The notes beneath the pieces were generated by a model. It worked only from the letters and a program-made list of their open reading frames with translations, ran no database searches and was not told where the DNA came from. The position numbers were made by a program, and so were the translations under genes. Positions 39,721-53,420 of a DNA stretch of 64,000 nt are shown here, piece by piece; the stretch's first letter is position 1, and each line of letters starts with the position of its first letter. The stretch lies in the NCBI GenBank assembly GCA_964016885.1, contig OZ024743.1, positions 125,550,001-125,614,000 of the forward strand, written 5' to 3'. The DNA comes from Eledone cirrhosa (lineage: Eukaryota).

Positions 39721-41516
39721 GTTGATTGATAAAGGTGATGGAAAATAATTTATTCCTCAGTCATTTCCTCACTTTCATTATACAGTTTAACAAAAGCAGT
39801 AGATTGGCAAAATCATTAGAGCACAGGACAAAATGCTTCGTAGTATTTAGTTATGGCTCTTTACTTTCTGAGTTCAATTCTCGCCAGGCCAACTTTGCCT
39901 TTTATTCTTCCAGAGTTGGTACAATAATGTACCAGTCAAGTACTGGGTAGATATAATTGACTTTCTCCTTCCCCTAAATGGTCAGGATCAGAAGATGAAT
40001 AGCATCAGATGCATGTGTCAATGTGCAATCAAAACTAATTTATGTCTGGGTGACCTGGCTGTTAGCATAAGATAAAATTAAATGTTACATAATTAGGTTT
40101 TGAGAAATACAGAAATGGTATTGAACTAGTAACCATCACCATCATCATCATCATCATCTCCTTCTCCTTCTCCTCCTCAAACACTCCTTCCAGTAGGTCC
40201 TGTCAGAAGAAACTGTCTCCAATTGATCCATCTGGATCCCCAAGCAAGACCAATCATCTTGTTTGAGGTCTATCCCTGGGTCTCCTGCCAGCTAGTTTTG
40301 CCCATGAAATCTGTCCAGTGATTTTTTTTATTGAGACATTCTAACCACATAATATTGGATCAGTGATCTCTCAATTTGGAAAAGTAGTGACTCTGATTTC
40401 TGATCTACGCCCTCTATCAGTGGTATTTATGGAAATTCTACATAGTATAAATGTTATTTTTGTTTTGATGCATAAATTTATCAATCTTCATACTATTGTT
40501 TCACTATGTTAAATCTTTTAGTTATGTCTTTGATTTTGTTCCGTAGTAAAGGTTGTTGAAAGCATTAACATGCAAAGTTACTTCTCTATGTTAAAGATTT
40601 TAATCATGTCTTCAGTTTTGTTCCATAGTTAAACTTAACACTCAAACACAAATCAAGAAAAACAGGATATTTATAATATCAATTTGCTCTCTGCTGCGTA
40701 TGTAATGCTGTAACTATAGAATGACATTAGAAATATAATCTATTATACACACAACATATATATTATTCATAAGACAATTAAACTATGCAACAAAATCTAA
40801 GACATAATCTATAACATATTATTTGTATTACAGTGAAATTCCGTTATAATGAAATTCAAGGGGTTTCAAAAAAAATTTGTTGTAGCGAAAAATTCTTTAT
40901 AATGAGATTGATCGAAACAAATCAAGCCTTTGTTTGTTATTACCTAGGGGATTGAAAAATATTTTTTATAATTGAATGTTACCTGTATTTATATGACAAT
41001 TGACGGATAAATATTTTAAATTAAGTGATTTCACTCATTGAACAGCAGCCATGCTGTAGTTATTATAAAGTCTGCTACTTATTTTATCACGCTCTATTTG
41101 TCAAACAGCTAGATTATGGGACATAAACAAAAGAAAAAAAGATTTATAAGTGGTGTAAATGTAAATGTAAACACAGATATAAACAAACATGATCATCATC
41201 ATGCATAAATATATGCCAAAATATGGAATGTATGAGCAAGATGTGGTCTCTCTGACCTGTCTAGTCTTGGACCATGATAACCCATTCAACCCATACCAGC
41301 ATGGAAAACATCTGTTAAATGTTGATGATGGTGAAATTATGATAATGATGATGATGACACACACACACACAATTTCTGTCAAGCAAATTTCAACTTAAGG
41401 CTATAGCAGAAGTCACTTGCCCGAAGTAACATCAAAATTTTAATCAAATGGTTGCTAAGTGAAGTTCTTACTCACACAGCTGTACCAGCTCAGCGGGACA
41501 GCTGCTGCTTACTAGT

Positions 41517-41600
41517 ACATACTAACCAGTATTACCACAGTAACCAGCGATATCACATACTAACCAGTAATCAGTGATATCACATACTAACCAGTATTAC
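41517..41600. repeat. Short tandem repeat (CATACTAACCAGTA x3)
   Basis: Direct repeats visible in the sequence. Confidence 0.7.
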
Positions 41601-42201
41601 TGTGGGTTCATGTGCATTTTTCCATGATATGAAAACATGGATGTATAATTTTGTATTAAGAATTGTTAAAGCTTTACTAACATGGTGAATCTCTAGCAGA
41701 ATAATGTGAAGGCATATGACTTAGTGATTAAGGTTCATGATTGTAATGTCACAAGTTCAATTCCCAGTGATGCATTGTGTCCTTGAGCAAGGCACTTTAT
41801 TCCACATTTCTCCAGTACATTTAGCTGGTAAAAATAAATTTTACCTGTAATTCAAGAGACCAGCCTTGTCATACATTGTGTCACACTGAATCTCCCTGAT
41901 AAGTACATTAAAGGATCTTGTGTCTGTGGAATTCTAAGTTAATTTTATGAGCAGGCAGTTCTATTGTTCAAAGAACTAGAACACCCATCGTCAGAAATTA
42001 CTTGAAAGCAAAGGAGATGGTGAGGATAGGGCAAAATAGAGAATCCTGTCATGGAATCTGCACGGCTAACCCCAGCTTTAGCAAGAAAAAAAACTTAAAA
42101 GGTTTGTTGTTTTTGTTGTGCTGCTAGTTATACATTATTTTAACTTTAGTTACTCAAAACTTAGATATTTATTTTTCTTCCTCTTTTTTTCTCTTCTTTA
42201 G

Positions 42202-45200
42202 AATAACTTTTACGGATTCTTCTGCCAGTTAAAAATATGAATACATGTTATTTGATCAACACAGATTTGGAGCAGCCAGCATCTAATTCCACTTTTAACA
42301 CTTTCAAATTCTGGGCAACTGAATTCTTGTGCAAGGCAGAAAAGAGTTGTGAAGAAACTAAAACCTTTTTTTTTTTTGTTTTAAATATATTACGAAAACT
42401 ATTTTATGTAATTTTTTTCTATATTAAAACATGCACCTTTTATTATAATATAATGTCTTTGTATGTAGATCCCTGTCAATATACACCTCTACCTACACTT
42501 ATATGAATTAAATTTAAGCAGTGTTTTAAATCTTTCTTTTCTTTAAGATCTCCACTAGAGTAGAGTTTCTTAATTTTATTAATGCTAATTCAGTTATTTG
42601 TTTTATATATTCAGAATGACTCTGGATTTTATCTTGTGTCAATTCATCCACCTAAATTATTTATTACATGGCATCATTACAGCTAGTTTCTGTAAAAAAA
42701 AAAAAATTTAAATGGGGTAATCAATTGAAAGAGATTATGTAATCTTTGTCAAAATGTTTGTGGAGTTTCCTCTCACATAAACTGGTACTTAACTGTTCGT
42801 TATGGTTCAGTATTTCAGGTACTTGTATTATTGTGACAGAGTGTAGAATTTCATTGCTATTTAATATCCTACTGTTTCTATTTGATAGTGTTTTAATATC
42901 TTATCACACATAGCTTTTCACATTTGAAATATCAATAACTAGCTTTACAAATAGCATTTTTTAAATCTTTCATAAAAATATGTATCATTATGTTCTTGTA
43001 GAAGAAGTATATTAAATATATTGTAATATATTTCTAAATATCTTATAGATATGAATTAAATAAATTATATATGAATGCATAAATAAGGATGCAATGAAAA
43101 GTAATTTATTTCTTACAAGACTGAATGGTTTTAGTTTGACAGATCTGACACAAACTACCATTGTGCTCTTTTTATAAGGGACTAGGTATTAGTAGGTACG
43201 ATCAACACCATCTTAATGGTGTATTTAAATATAGTTGTTGTTTATATGTGGATATGTTAAACCTGGTTTAACAAATCCTATATAGACTGTTAATCTGTTG
43301 ATCACAACTGGTTTTCTCATGTCCTAATTATAGCTATTCAATATGTTTGTGTTGAAGCTAGATATCATAGACACACACATGTGGACTGTAGGTCTCAGAT
43401 CTGGCTCTTTAAATCCTGACTCTACCTACAGTCTGTGTTGGATCATTTATTTTAGATCAGCTGCTGCTCACCTTGTGAGTACCTACTTGACCAAGGTTTA
43501 TTAGCTGTCAATTGCTCATTGTATATTTTACAAGACCTGGTTTTCTCACTGAGTATTCTGGATTACTCTCACTGAATATTAGAGAAATGAAACACTTTTT
43601 TTTAGATATTTATACTTCTTGTTACAAAAAGCAAAAAAATATTTTTTAAAAAACTTGAAAACATTAGTTTTTCTATTGATCTTACAAAAAAATGCATTTT
43701 AAATTAGATTTTAAACAAACTTCCCTCGGTATTTTTATTGGCTGGTGTTGATTGTTTAGCAGTTTATGATTGCAATTTGAATACCACCTAAATACAGTAT
43801 GTGAATGAGTTATTAATGTAAGAATGACATCAGGCCATTTTTATCTTGTTATTTCTATAAAAAAAAAAAGAAAGAAAATAAAAAAAAAAAGAACTAGAAA
43901 GATTTATTTTTCTTTCCATCAGTCAAAAGTTATATTGAACCAAAATGTCAAGTTGTGTTGCTTTTAATATAAATCTCCTTTCTTCCTGAGTTAACATTAT
44001 AGTTTCTTTACTGCTATTGCCTTTGTGTTTCATTGACATTAGTTATGCATGAGTATCACTGTAAATTCTACTGAATCAACTACTTTGACTATTTATTACT
44101 ATGTTTGACAGTATGTTGAATGTTTCTCACTACTTCCTCAATGATCAGTGTAATAAAATGATCAGTAATGGGAAGAGTTAGTGTGAAATTACATCATTGT
44201 ACCATTTGTTGCTGTTTAGCTTGTGCATGTAAACTGCAATGCCATGCTATGTGTTGCAGCTGACTATATTTCCTTTATATGATTTTCAGATATTTTCTCT
44301 CAAAAGTTCTGAAAGCAGCCAAATGACTACTTTATGGAAAGAACTAATAAATCTAACATAATTAGACCAATCTATTTGTTTATTTCATTTTTGTTTGCTC
44401 ATTTCTTCCATTAATATTGTCTGTTATCTCTCATTTTCCCCCTTAATCTGAAGAAAACTATTTTCTATAGACTGTATTCATGCATTTGTATCTTTCAATC
44501 TACTTTTGCACTGCCTTAAAGTATTCATATCAATTTTTTTCTAGTTCTATCAACACAGCTTTTATTAAATAAAGCAGATTCTTGCACTGCACTGTTTTAA
44601 TATTATAAGTAAATGCTATTTCTAATATGTTTTTCACGCTTACAATTCACTTGTCTTTTCTTCTGCAATGATATATGAGTAAATTCAATACCTAAGTTAC
44701 AGTGATTGTTGTCATTTTGAAACTAAAGTAGCTATTTAAAAATATTGATTGATATATCAAATTCTGGGGAAGTCTCATTATATCCTTATTACTAGAATCC
44801 TTAATTTATTATATTTGTTCCAGCCACTTCGATATTTATCAACATTCCTTAATTTACAAAAGGATTATATGCATATATATGCAGATATATAAATATACCA
44901 TCCAACATATACACTAGCATGAAAAAACAGATGTTGAATGATGAGAATTATAATATAGCTATGTTACTTATTTTATCAAATTAGCCATAAGTTAGGAAAG
45001 CAAGCATAGAATCAATTTCTTGTTCATTGTTGAATAGTTTTTCAAACTGAATTTTTTGCTGTGAACTGAAATTGAACTTCTAGCTTGTTTTAAAACTCAA
45101 CGTCTTCCAATTGTTATATTTTGATAAATCTTATATGAAATGTTTGTTGGTATACAAAACTGCCTCTCAACTTAATAAATTAAGTTGAACTCATAAATCA

Positions 45201-48200
45201 TCATTTGGCTGCTTCCTAGGACCTGTGATGAGAGCATGTTGGCTTTCAACTCTTTTTATCTAGAACAACTTTTTTCTCTAAAATTATTTGTTAATTGATC
45301 TTCAAAGATAAAAGTATATTATCCTATATGGATGAATTAGTTGTGGCTTGGTGAAGCTTAAGTACCAGTCAGCCAAGATACATGTAATATATATATGACT
45401 CTGCTATATGCATGGAGTCACTTCCTCAGTAAATCTTTGTTGTTATTTTTGTATCTACAAATCTACAATCCCACATTAGCATCAATTATTGCATTTTGAT
45501 TTTTTTTAAATGTTCAAGCACGGGTAAATAAAATGAATTACTTTTGTAATTTGGTTGGCAAAATAATTGCAAATTTAGATAGTAACAACTTATTCGTGTT
45601 GAAAGGTTGTTTTTTTCCTTTTGTATTGGCTAGGTTTGTTCAAGTTGACATATGGTTGCCTATCATTTCTAGTGAGTTTGGTATTTTCTTATGAGTTTTT
45701 CTTAAATTCGCTAATTCTTGCTTTTGTTTTTTTGTAATAACTTCAATTAGAAATATGTTTCTTTCTAAGCAGAGTAAATATGACCTGAAATTTCAAGAAA
45801 AGAAAATGTTTAAACTGTATGTGAAATTAAACATGTATGTGAAATTTTGAGAACTTCAAGTTTAAGTGTAGTCTTTTGTATAGATAAACTTAAGTTGTTT
45901 TAACTTAAATTGTTGTAATATCTCAGGTGTAATATTTTGAGAAATTTTAAAGATTGACTTTGTATTTAGTTCTAATCATATTTAATGTGAAGTTTCATCA
46001 TATGTTTGCATTGTAAAAAAAAATGATATAATACTGTGTGAATTATATTTCATCAGAATAAACTCTAATCTATGGTGAGATGGTCTTTGTTAAGAATTTG
46101 TGTATAACCTGCTACATCCTTTCGTTATTTAATTTCGAGGCTAGAAATTCCTATATTTATCAGAAGTAGCAGAATAGTTTTGTTGATCACAAGTTAAGAA
46201 TTTGGGAGAAGAGAATATTGAAAAACAATCAAGATTGTTTGCCATGTGCCAACTTTCGATCTTCCCAATTCATTGACTTCAAATTTGACCCTCATCACTA
46301 CTAAGGGCCTTTATTGGGCACTAAGCCACCTAAGGTCCTTCTGCTTTAGTATGATTCAGGTCTTCAGCAAAAAATTGTAAGGACTTTTTTAATTTCATTT
46401 TCAATTACTATAAGCACTCCCTACACACATTCTCTCTCTCTCACACACTCACAACTATTCTTATTTATTTATAATGGTTGAATTCAAATTGTTAATTTTA
46501 TGGCTTAGTAAGCATAGTTTGTGTAATATTTCAGTCTCTTGGTTTTACTAGTGATACAATAAATAGTATAAAACCTTTTTGTATTTTTCATTGTGCCTAT
46601 ATAGGAACTCTAATGCTTGCTTGTTCTCTCTTCTCCAGAAAAAAAAAATATTTTCACTAGACATAACAAAATGTGTTACTTTCAGCTATTTTCTGATTTT
46701 GATATCTATTATATTTTCATTTGCAATAAAGCATGTAATTCTTTTCATTTACATATAAGTTTAAGAAATTTAATGTCTGGCTTAAAAATTGAAAGTATTG
46801 AAACAAGTAGAATTTTTCTTCTTTTTTATGTATTGAAATCATTTCCCTACTTTAGTTCTCTTTTTGACAATTATTTCTCCAGACAGCTGGTTTCTCTTTA
46901 GATTGTGTTGTAACTCTGTTCAACTCTGCAACTAACTGAAATGTTCTTTCAAAACCATCTTTATTGCATTGACTTTAAAATCTTCCTTTGAAATAGATTT
47001 CAGGAAAAGTATCATGTCTGATGGAAATCACACAAGAAAGGTTGTGTGTTAGTTCATATATTACAATGATGTTTTAATGGAGAGCATTCATAACTAGCTA
47101 CATTTGAGCTTTATATTACAAGGGTGCTTTAATGGTGAGAATTCGTAGCTAGCTACATTTTAACTTTATATTACAAGGCTGCCTTAATGATAAGCAATTG
47201 GGATCATTCATAATTAGCTACATGTTGACATTATATTACAAAGGTACCTTAATGTGAAGCAGTAATGAATATTCATAGCTACAGTTTAACTTTAAATTAC
47301 AAGGGTATACTGATGTTAAGCAACGATTCTATATTACATGTAATATAGAATGTGAATGAGATTTGGAATTTAGAAAGATGTTTAATAATGCTATCTCCAT
47401 GTTGTTGAAGTTAATGGCAGTGCTATTTAAAAGGTTCTCAGCATCATACAATACAAAAGTCACATGTAGCTGGCTCCCAAAAACCTGATCTATCACTGTG
47501 TACTGATTGCCAATCAATGTTTAGTCATTAAAATCTTCCATACATAAATAATCAAAAGTGCCAATCACTTTTGCTTTGAAGTGTGTTTATGCTCATGTCA
47601 TAGGTAGAATTGAAATACAAAAGATTCTGAAGATATGAAATATCCTCAAAATCAAATATCTATATTTTAAAAGATAATTCAAGCTGTTTATTCTCAGATC
47701 AATTTAATTTGAGAAATTTTGATCTAAAGTATAGAAAATGATTACTTTTGCTGTTTCACAACTTCCATATTCTAGCATCATTTCTAGTTAAACAATGTTA
47801 TTTTGAGAGTAAATGATACCCAATGTATGTATGTGTGTGAATTTATTTATATATATTTATCAATCTGAAAGTTAATTGTCTTTAATATAAGTCAGTTTCA
47901 CTCATATGATGTTCCCAACTGTACTTTCTGGAATGAAGAAACAATACTAATTATCCAAATAAATACAGAGAACCAATAGACATTGGCAGCTATATAGTGA
48001 AAAAAGTACTCAATACCATAGTAGAGTAGAATGAGTTAACTTATACTTCAGTAAAAAAAAAAAGGAAAAAAAATTAACCTTTCTTTACTTTCCTCATATG
48101 ACTGGTCTACTTTTGTATTCTATAGATAACTGTTGCATCATGAACAGTTTTGATTTATTGAAACTACCTCTAGTTGATTCATTTCTCTTTTAAAAGAAAT

Positions 48201-48790
48201 ACAAATATTTTCTTTGTGTGTGTGCATGAATGGAAATCCCCTTGGAACTGTATATTACCAGTAAAATACTTAAATAATATAGCAATAATGGAAGATGTCT
48301 GAGCTGTGAAGGCAAAACTGCCTCAAGCAAACTTATCTTTGTCATGATATTTGTTCGATTCCTGCTGTTGTAAGCCCATTTTTGTTGGTTTTCGTTTTCT
48401 TAATGTCAATTTAAGTGAAGTAATGAATTTATCTTCTGGTATTTTTACATCAGTTATTGATAGAGATTTAGTAATTGTGGTCTTAACAGAAAAATTCCAG
48501 CAGCTATGTTGATTGACAAAACAAACCAACTATAGTTTCAATAATTTTCTTAGTGTAATATAGCCGAGAATGTTATTCTTCCAGCTACATATAGTTTATC
48601 AATCATCCCAAGGGTATTATCTACTCAAATATTTGAAATTATTGTTGTTGTTGTTGATTCCACCTTTTAGTATAAACTGCAGGCTTTGCCTAATTTATCA
48701 CATATTTGGTTTTAAAATATATAATATATATGAAATATATATTTTAAAAAATAATTGAATAATAAAGTATTCCAATGTCGCCTCCAACTG
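42202..48790 (+). other. Putative long MLF 3'-terminal exon / 3'UTR
   Basis: Strong acceptor (ctcttttttt ctcttctttAG at 42200-42201). No recognisable TE for more than 6 kb. Several AATAAA signals, e.g. ~46058 and ~48762, with downstream U/GU-rich tracts. The 3' end is uncertain. Confidence 0.5.
47052..47340. repeat. Degenerate tandem repeat, about 5 units of ~55-65 bp
   Basis: Recurring ATTCATA(G)CTAGCTACATTT..CTTTATATTACAAGGGTG.TTTAATG. Confidence 0.8.
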
Positions 48791-49446
48791 TTTCCTTGGT
48801 TTTAAAATTAGTGTCTTATCATTCATTTCAATCTTCTAATTCTTCCAAAACAAATACTGTTCTATGAAAGTCTTTATTGTATTGATTTAAGCCATAGGTA
48901 TGAAACAAAAGATACCATCTGTTAATTTATTCATAATACTCTCTATATCAATGACTCTCTTGGAAAACGGTTTAATATAGTTCATTTATATTCGCGGTGT
49001 AGCTGTGAATGACATTTCTTAATTAAGAAAGTATTGATTTCTTTCTTTGCACTGAATGCACATAACTGCACTTAATGCACAATCCTGCTGTTTGTATTTC
49101 TTGCACTAAAACACAGCTGCTAATATCATTTATTTGGATGCTGGGGTGTTTTTTTTCTTATATAAACTATATATTAATTGGAAAACATTTATGCATGAAT
49201 ATTTTAAGAAAATGAAAACTGCATGAATATATTTGTAAAACAAAAAGGGGTTTATGGATGAATATATTGGAAAAACAAAAGAAGATATCTTGTTTCAGTT
49301 GTATAAAAAAGGAATGAGAACTGCTGCATAGTGTGAGGCTGAACAAACACTTTGTGTGTACTTTGAAGCTGTCTTTCATTCAACCTCGCTAAAACAAGCC
49401 AAATTCTGTCTGTGCTCACTGAAACTGGACATTTTTCTTTTGACAG

Positions 49447-49513
49447 CTGCAAGCAGCATAACAGGAATCAATATAATGCTATAGAATATGGTAAAAGGCT
49501 ACTTGTTTCTTGA
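49447..49513 (+). CDS. MLF: Candidate alternative MLF C-terminal exon (CKQHNRNQYNAIEYGKRLLVS*)
   Basis: Branch-like CTCAC at 49415-49419 and acceptor TTTTTCTTTTGACAG. The phase-2 reading resembles the exon D tail and human MLF1 PAIEHGRR. Needs the phase-2 donor TG|GTACAA at 37641. Confidence 0.45.
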
Positions 49514-50718
49514 TTAGGTAAAATCAGTGTGCAAATAAAGTGAGCAAACAGATAACGGTTATGGAAATAATGATGAAATATTTTTTGCTGAGGTAGGACT
49601 ATTTTCTCAACAAACTATATGTAAATACAGGCTGTGTAGTTAAATATTTACATTATCTAAATATATCAGCCATGTGTATGAATGCAATGCAAGTATGTAT
49701 TTTAAGCTGTATGATGTGTAGATAACTAAATAACAATAAAATCCATTTGTTTATGTATAAAGGAATATATGAACCCATACATAATATGTTTATGTATGAT
49801 AAATATATATCTAGTCATGGTGTGAGTATTTGAGTTGCATCCAGTGCTCTTACCCTGGATACTGAAGTAGTTGAAGCATGTTTGCAACTTAAATACAACA
49901 AGACAAACATGCTTATTATATGTCTTTATTCTGAATCAAATCTGTGTTAGTGCTAACATTAATTAGTTTGTTTATATGTTAGCAGTCTTGACAATAAGCA
50001 GCATCACTTTCTTGTTGTTCACCTATGGATTTCCTCTATCTAATGACATGAAAGGTTATTGTTTTTAGCTCTATGTTAGCTCTGTGTTCTTCCTTTTTTT
50101 AAAAAAGATAGTATGGGTGCTGAGATTTGAAGGATATTTGGCTGTCTATTCCAACCAGGTAAACAACCTTGCAGAGGCACCTTTGTTGGTTCCATTAATA
50201 ATTTTTGAAGGAAAGTTACATTTGCTGAAAGACAGATGTGTTTCTTGTTTTGTTTTAAAGTCAATCATATTGCCACTCTTATATGTAAAGTACAACATCA
50301 ACCAAGTGTTTTATGGTCATCTTCTCTGCCAAATTTGGGGTGAGCCCTATGGGACCCATAACAAACTTCTTCAATTTTCCCTATTGTTTGCATCCCCTCT
50401 CACCAACTTTCAATCATCTTTTACCATGTCTTTCTTGGTCTTCCACCTTCCACATTCATTTCCATCACTCCTCTCACCTAGTTGCATTTTCCTTCCTTGT
50501 AACCTAAATATCACATTCATCACTGGTTCTATTCCCTTCATCTTTTGCAAATCCTCATTTGTCTTCCTCTTTCTCAATGATACTCCATTCACTGGACTAT
50601 TCTCATTTCTCTTATTCGCAGCCTTCTCTGCTGCTCCACGTTTATCACTCATCTCTTGTTCCCTACTTCCCACATATGCAGCATACACCTTTCCCTTCAT
50701 ATGTAAAGTATGTATGTA

Positions 50719-51910
50719 TATGGTTGCTCAGTTCTTTGAGGACATTTGCATAAATTTAGTAAAAGATGCATAAGTCATGAAAGAAGAGCTTTAATTGAGA
50801 AAAAGATTGGCATGAATAATCTTGAGGGTCTTCTTGATGTATCTATTCAATGAATATGCCATTAGCATGAACGACTGCTTCAATACAAGGTCTGAAGTGT
50901 TGACATGTCAGATGATCTTATCTATTTTGGACATTGTACTAGTTATTTCAGACTCCAGAGATGTTATAGTGTTATGGGGTTGTTGATTGACCTCCTTGAC
51001 TACACCCCATACATAGTAGTCCAATGGATTCAGGTCTTGAGAACTAGGTGCCCATATGTTTGGGATAACGTGATTATGGAGATTGTAACTCATCCATTCT
51101 TGGGTCATTTTGGCCTTATGAGATGGCACAGTTTTGTTGGTAGGTGTACAGTCTTCCTTTGCTCACACTCTCTATGCAAGGCTTCACAGCCCCTCCAACA
51201 CTTTATAGTCAGCAGAATTGACCCTTAAGCCCTGAAGAAAGAAGTGAGGAGGCATGACATCTCCCTCATTGCTCACAACTCACAGAACCATCACAGTTGC
51301 AAGAAACTTTGTGTGCATGACCGTTGGAATATCTTTAAGGTGTCTGCATAACCATCTTTCATTCTGTTGCTTGACCTTTTAGTCCTGATCAAAGTCTTTT
51401 TCATCTGACAAAAAACAAAGCATTACAGGCTCTTGGTGTTTCAACTTGCTCACAAGTACTTTACGCTGATCAGACAATTATCTTTTGTCTTTGCACACAT
51501 AAATTGGTCTTTCCACATCACATATGACTTATATCAGAGATCCTTATACACAATTCTTCCAATAGTGTGTCTTGATATTTTGAACTCTTTAGCAATGGCA
51601 CTAACTGACTTTCTAGCATTGTTCTCGATAATTTCCCTCACCATTCGTACAAATGTTGGTGTTCTGATGGTTTGGACCCTTGCAGCTCTTTGCAAACTTT
51701 GACAGCAAATTTCCATGCAACTTTCAGGAAGCAGGCAATCTCTAAATCACTATGCCCTGCCTTTAAGGTAATGATTACAGTGTTCCTTTTCATTTGCTGA
51801 GTTAGTTTAATATTCATCATCATTTATCTGAAAAGAATTGATAATCAGAACAAGTTAAAAAAAAGTAAGAGCCATTAAAAGACATGTCCTCAAAGAACAG
51901 AGCAACCCTG
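50719..51910 (-). mobile_element. Full-length defective Tc1/mariner (DD37D/maT-like) transposon
   Basis: ~27-bp TIRs (CAGGGTTGCTCTGTTCTTTGAGGACAT) with TA TSD. Transposase pieces: HTH IAKEFKISRHTIGRIV, SDEK, and W.PSS.DLNPLDYYVWG. Frameshifted. Confidence 0.9.
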
Positions 51911-52439
51911 TATGTATGGATCATAACTTGTCATAGAGTCATAGAGGCAATATCATAACGTATGCTGTGCCTTGAGCATTTTAAAGTGGAGCCCATCCCT
52001 TCCCCAGGTCTGAATACAGCCAGTGTCTTCCAGAGAAGAGGGAGGAAGAATCAACCTCAGTACTGGACTGATACTTTTTACCAACCTTGAAAAGATGAAA
52101 AGCAATGTTGACTTTGGCGAGATTTGAACTCGCAGAGAGTCAGAACAAATTCCACAAAACATTCTATCGAATGTTCTAACAACTCCACCAATTCACTGCC
52201 TGTCATATGACAAGTAACTGGAGGGTGGGAACAGAATTTATTTTAATTTCAACAAAAGTCATCTCAACATCACAAAGTGTAATCCTTTTGACTAAGCTGG
52301 TCATGGAATCTGAATCTCAGCTGAAAAAATAACTTGATTTTGTATGCTGTTATAGTTGTTGTATTCTGGAGTTCTGTGACTTGTTGGAGTGCAATCTTCT
52401 TTCTTTTTAGTTCCTTTTGCTCGCTATGGAGGGAAACGA

Positions 52440-53420
52440 AAGATCTCTATTCCATACAGTTGTGCATTTTATCACGGTCCTGTTCCTAGGCCAGGCCCAT
52501 GTCTACTAGGTCTTCCTCCACAGTGCTAAACCATATCTTGATGGGTTTGCCTTGGTTCATATGTTTTTTTCTGGCTTCCAATTGAGGTAGGCATGTAGCA
52601 GTAATTTAAACTCTTGTTCTGATGTTAGCATAGTAGGTCAGTGTGATCACATATGCTGACCTCTGGGCAACATGTTCATTTTCTTTTGTTTCAAAATTTA
52701 GAGTCTCACCAGAGAAGGGAGTCATTTGCAGTTTATCAGAGATTAACTAGCTTCTACACACATTTGGCACTTGTTTCTCAAAAAAGAGACATCACACGGA
52801 GTTGCTCTAGCAAGTAGAGAGATGTAGTACTTAGCCAAACATTCTGGCCTTCCATTGGCACTTCAACAATACTCAGTCATCTGCCTCTTCTACTAGACAA
52901 CACAGCTTCCTTGCCACTTCCTTGTATAGCACAACCTCATCACAATACAGTTTACTACCACCTCTGTTGGTACATACTGTCTGACTACAACTTGTCACTT
53001 TTTAAGGGAACATCCCATGGTAAACAAAGAGACTTCTGCACAACACATAAGCCTTATTGAACACTATATTCATTAGTGAATACTACAATCAAAATTTATA
53101 TTTATGATTCGAAGTAATCATATTTTTTATCCTTTTTCCTGAAGTGAAGTAAAAATATAAATTCAACCGGAATTATTGGTTTTTGTTGTGTTTATTGTCC
53201 TCTTCCACAACAACCAAAACTTCACTTCAGGCCCTCGTTGATCTCTTCATGGACATATGGTGATGGTGTTCTTTAGTGAATACTCTGCAGGGTGAAAATA
53301 CACATCACAAATGAAATCATACATTGGTGTTGTGTTCTGTTTCTGTCTTCAATTAATCTTTGAACTACTGTTTAATTTAGTGTTGATCCTAGAGTTGCTG
53401 ACATCCTGGCCAAGCTGAAT
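52440..53420 (-). mobile_element. Highly decayed LINE RT remnant
   Basis: Fragments such as CIFTLQSI and NWKPEK..QGKPIKIWFSTVEEDL resemble an RTE-type RT and C-terminus. Confidence 0.4.

Noticed and set aside
48323-49452. Minus-strand ORFs 48323-48529 and 49252-49452 as a convergent gene
   Set aside because: No recognisable protein family and no consistent minus-strand splice sites.
50084-50773. 229-aa ORF, the longest in the track
   Set aside because: Low-complexity Phe/Leu/Ser-rich reading across decayed repeats, running into the mariner TIR; no domain or splice logic.
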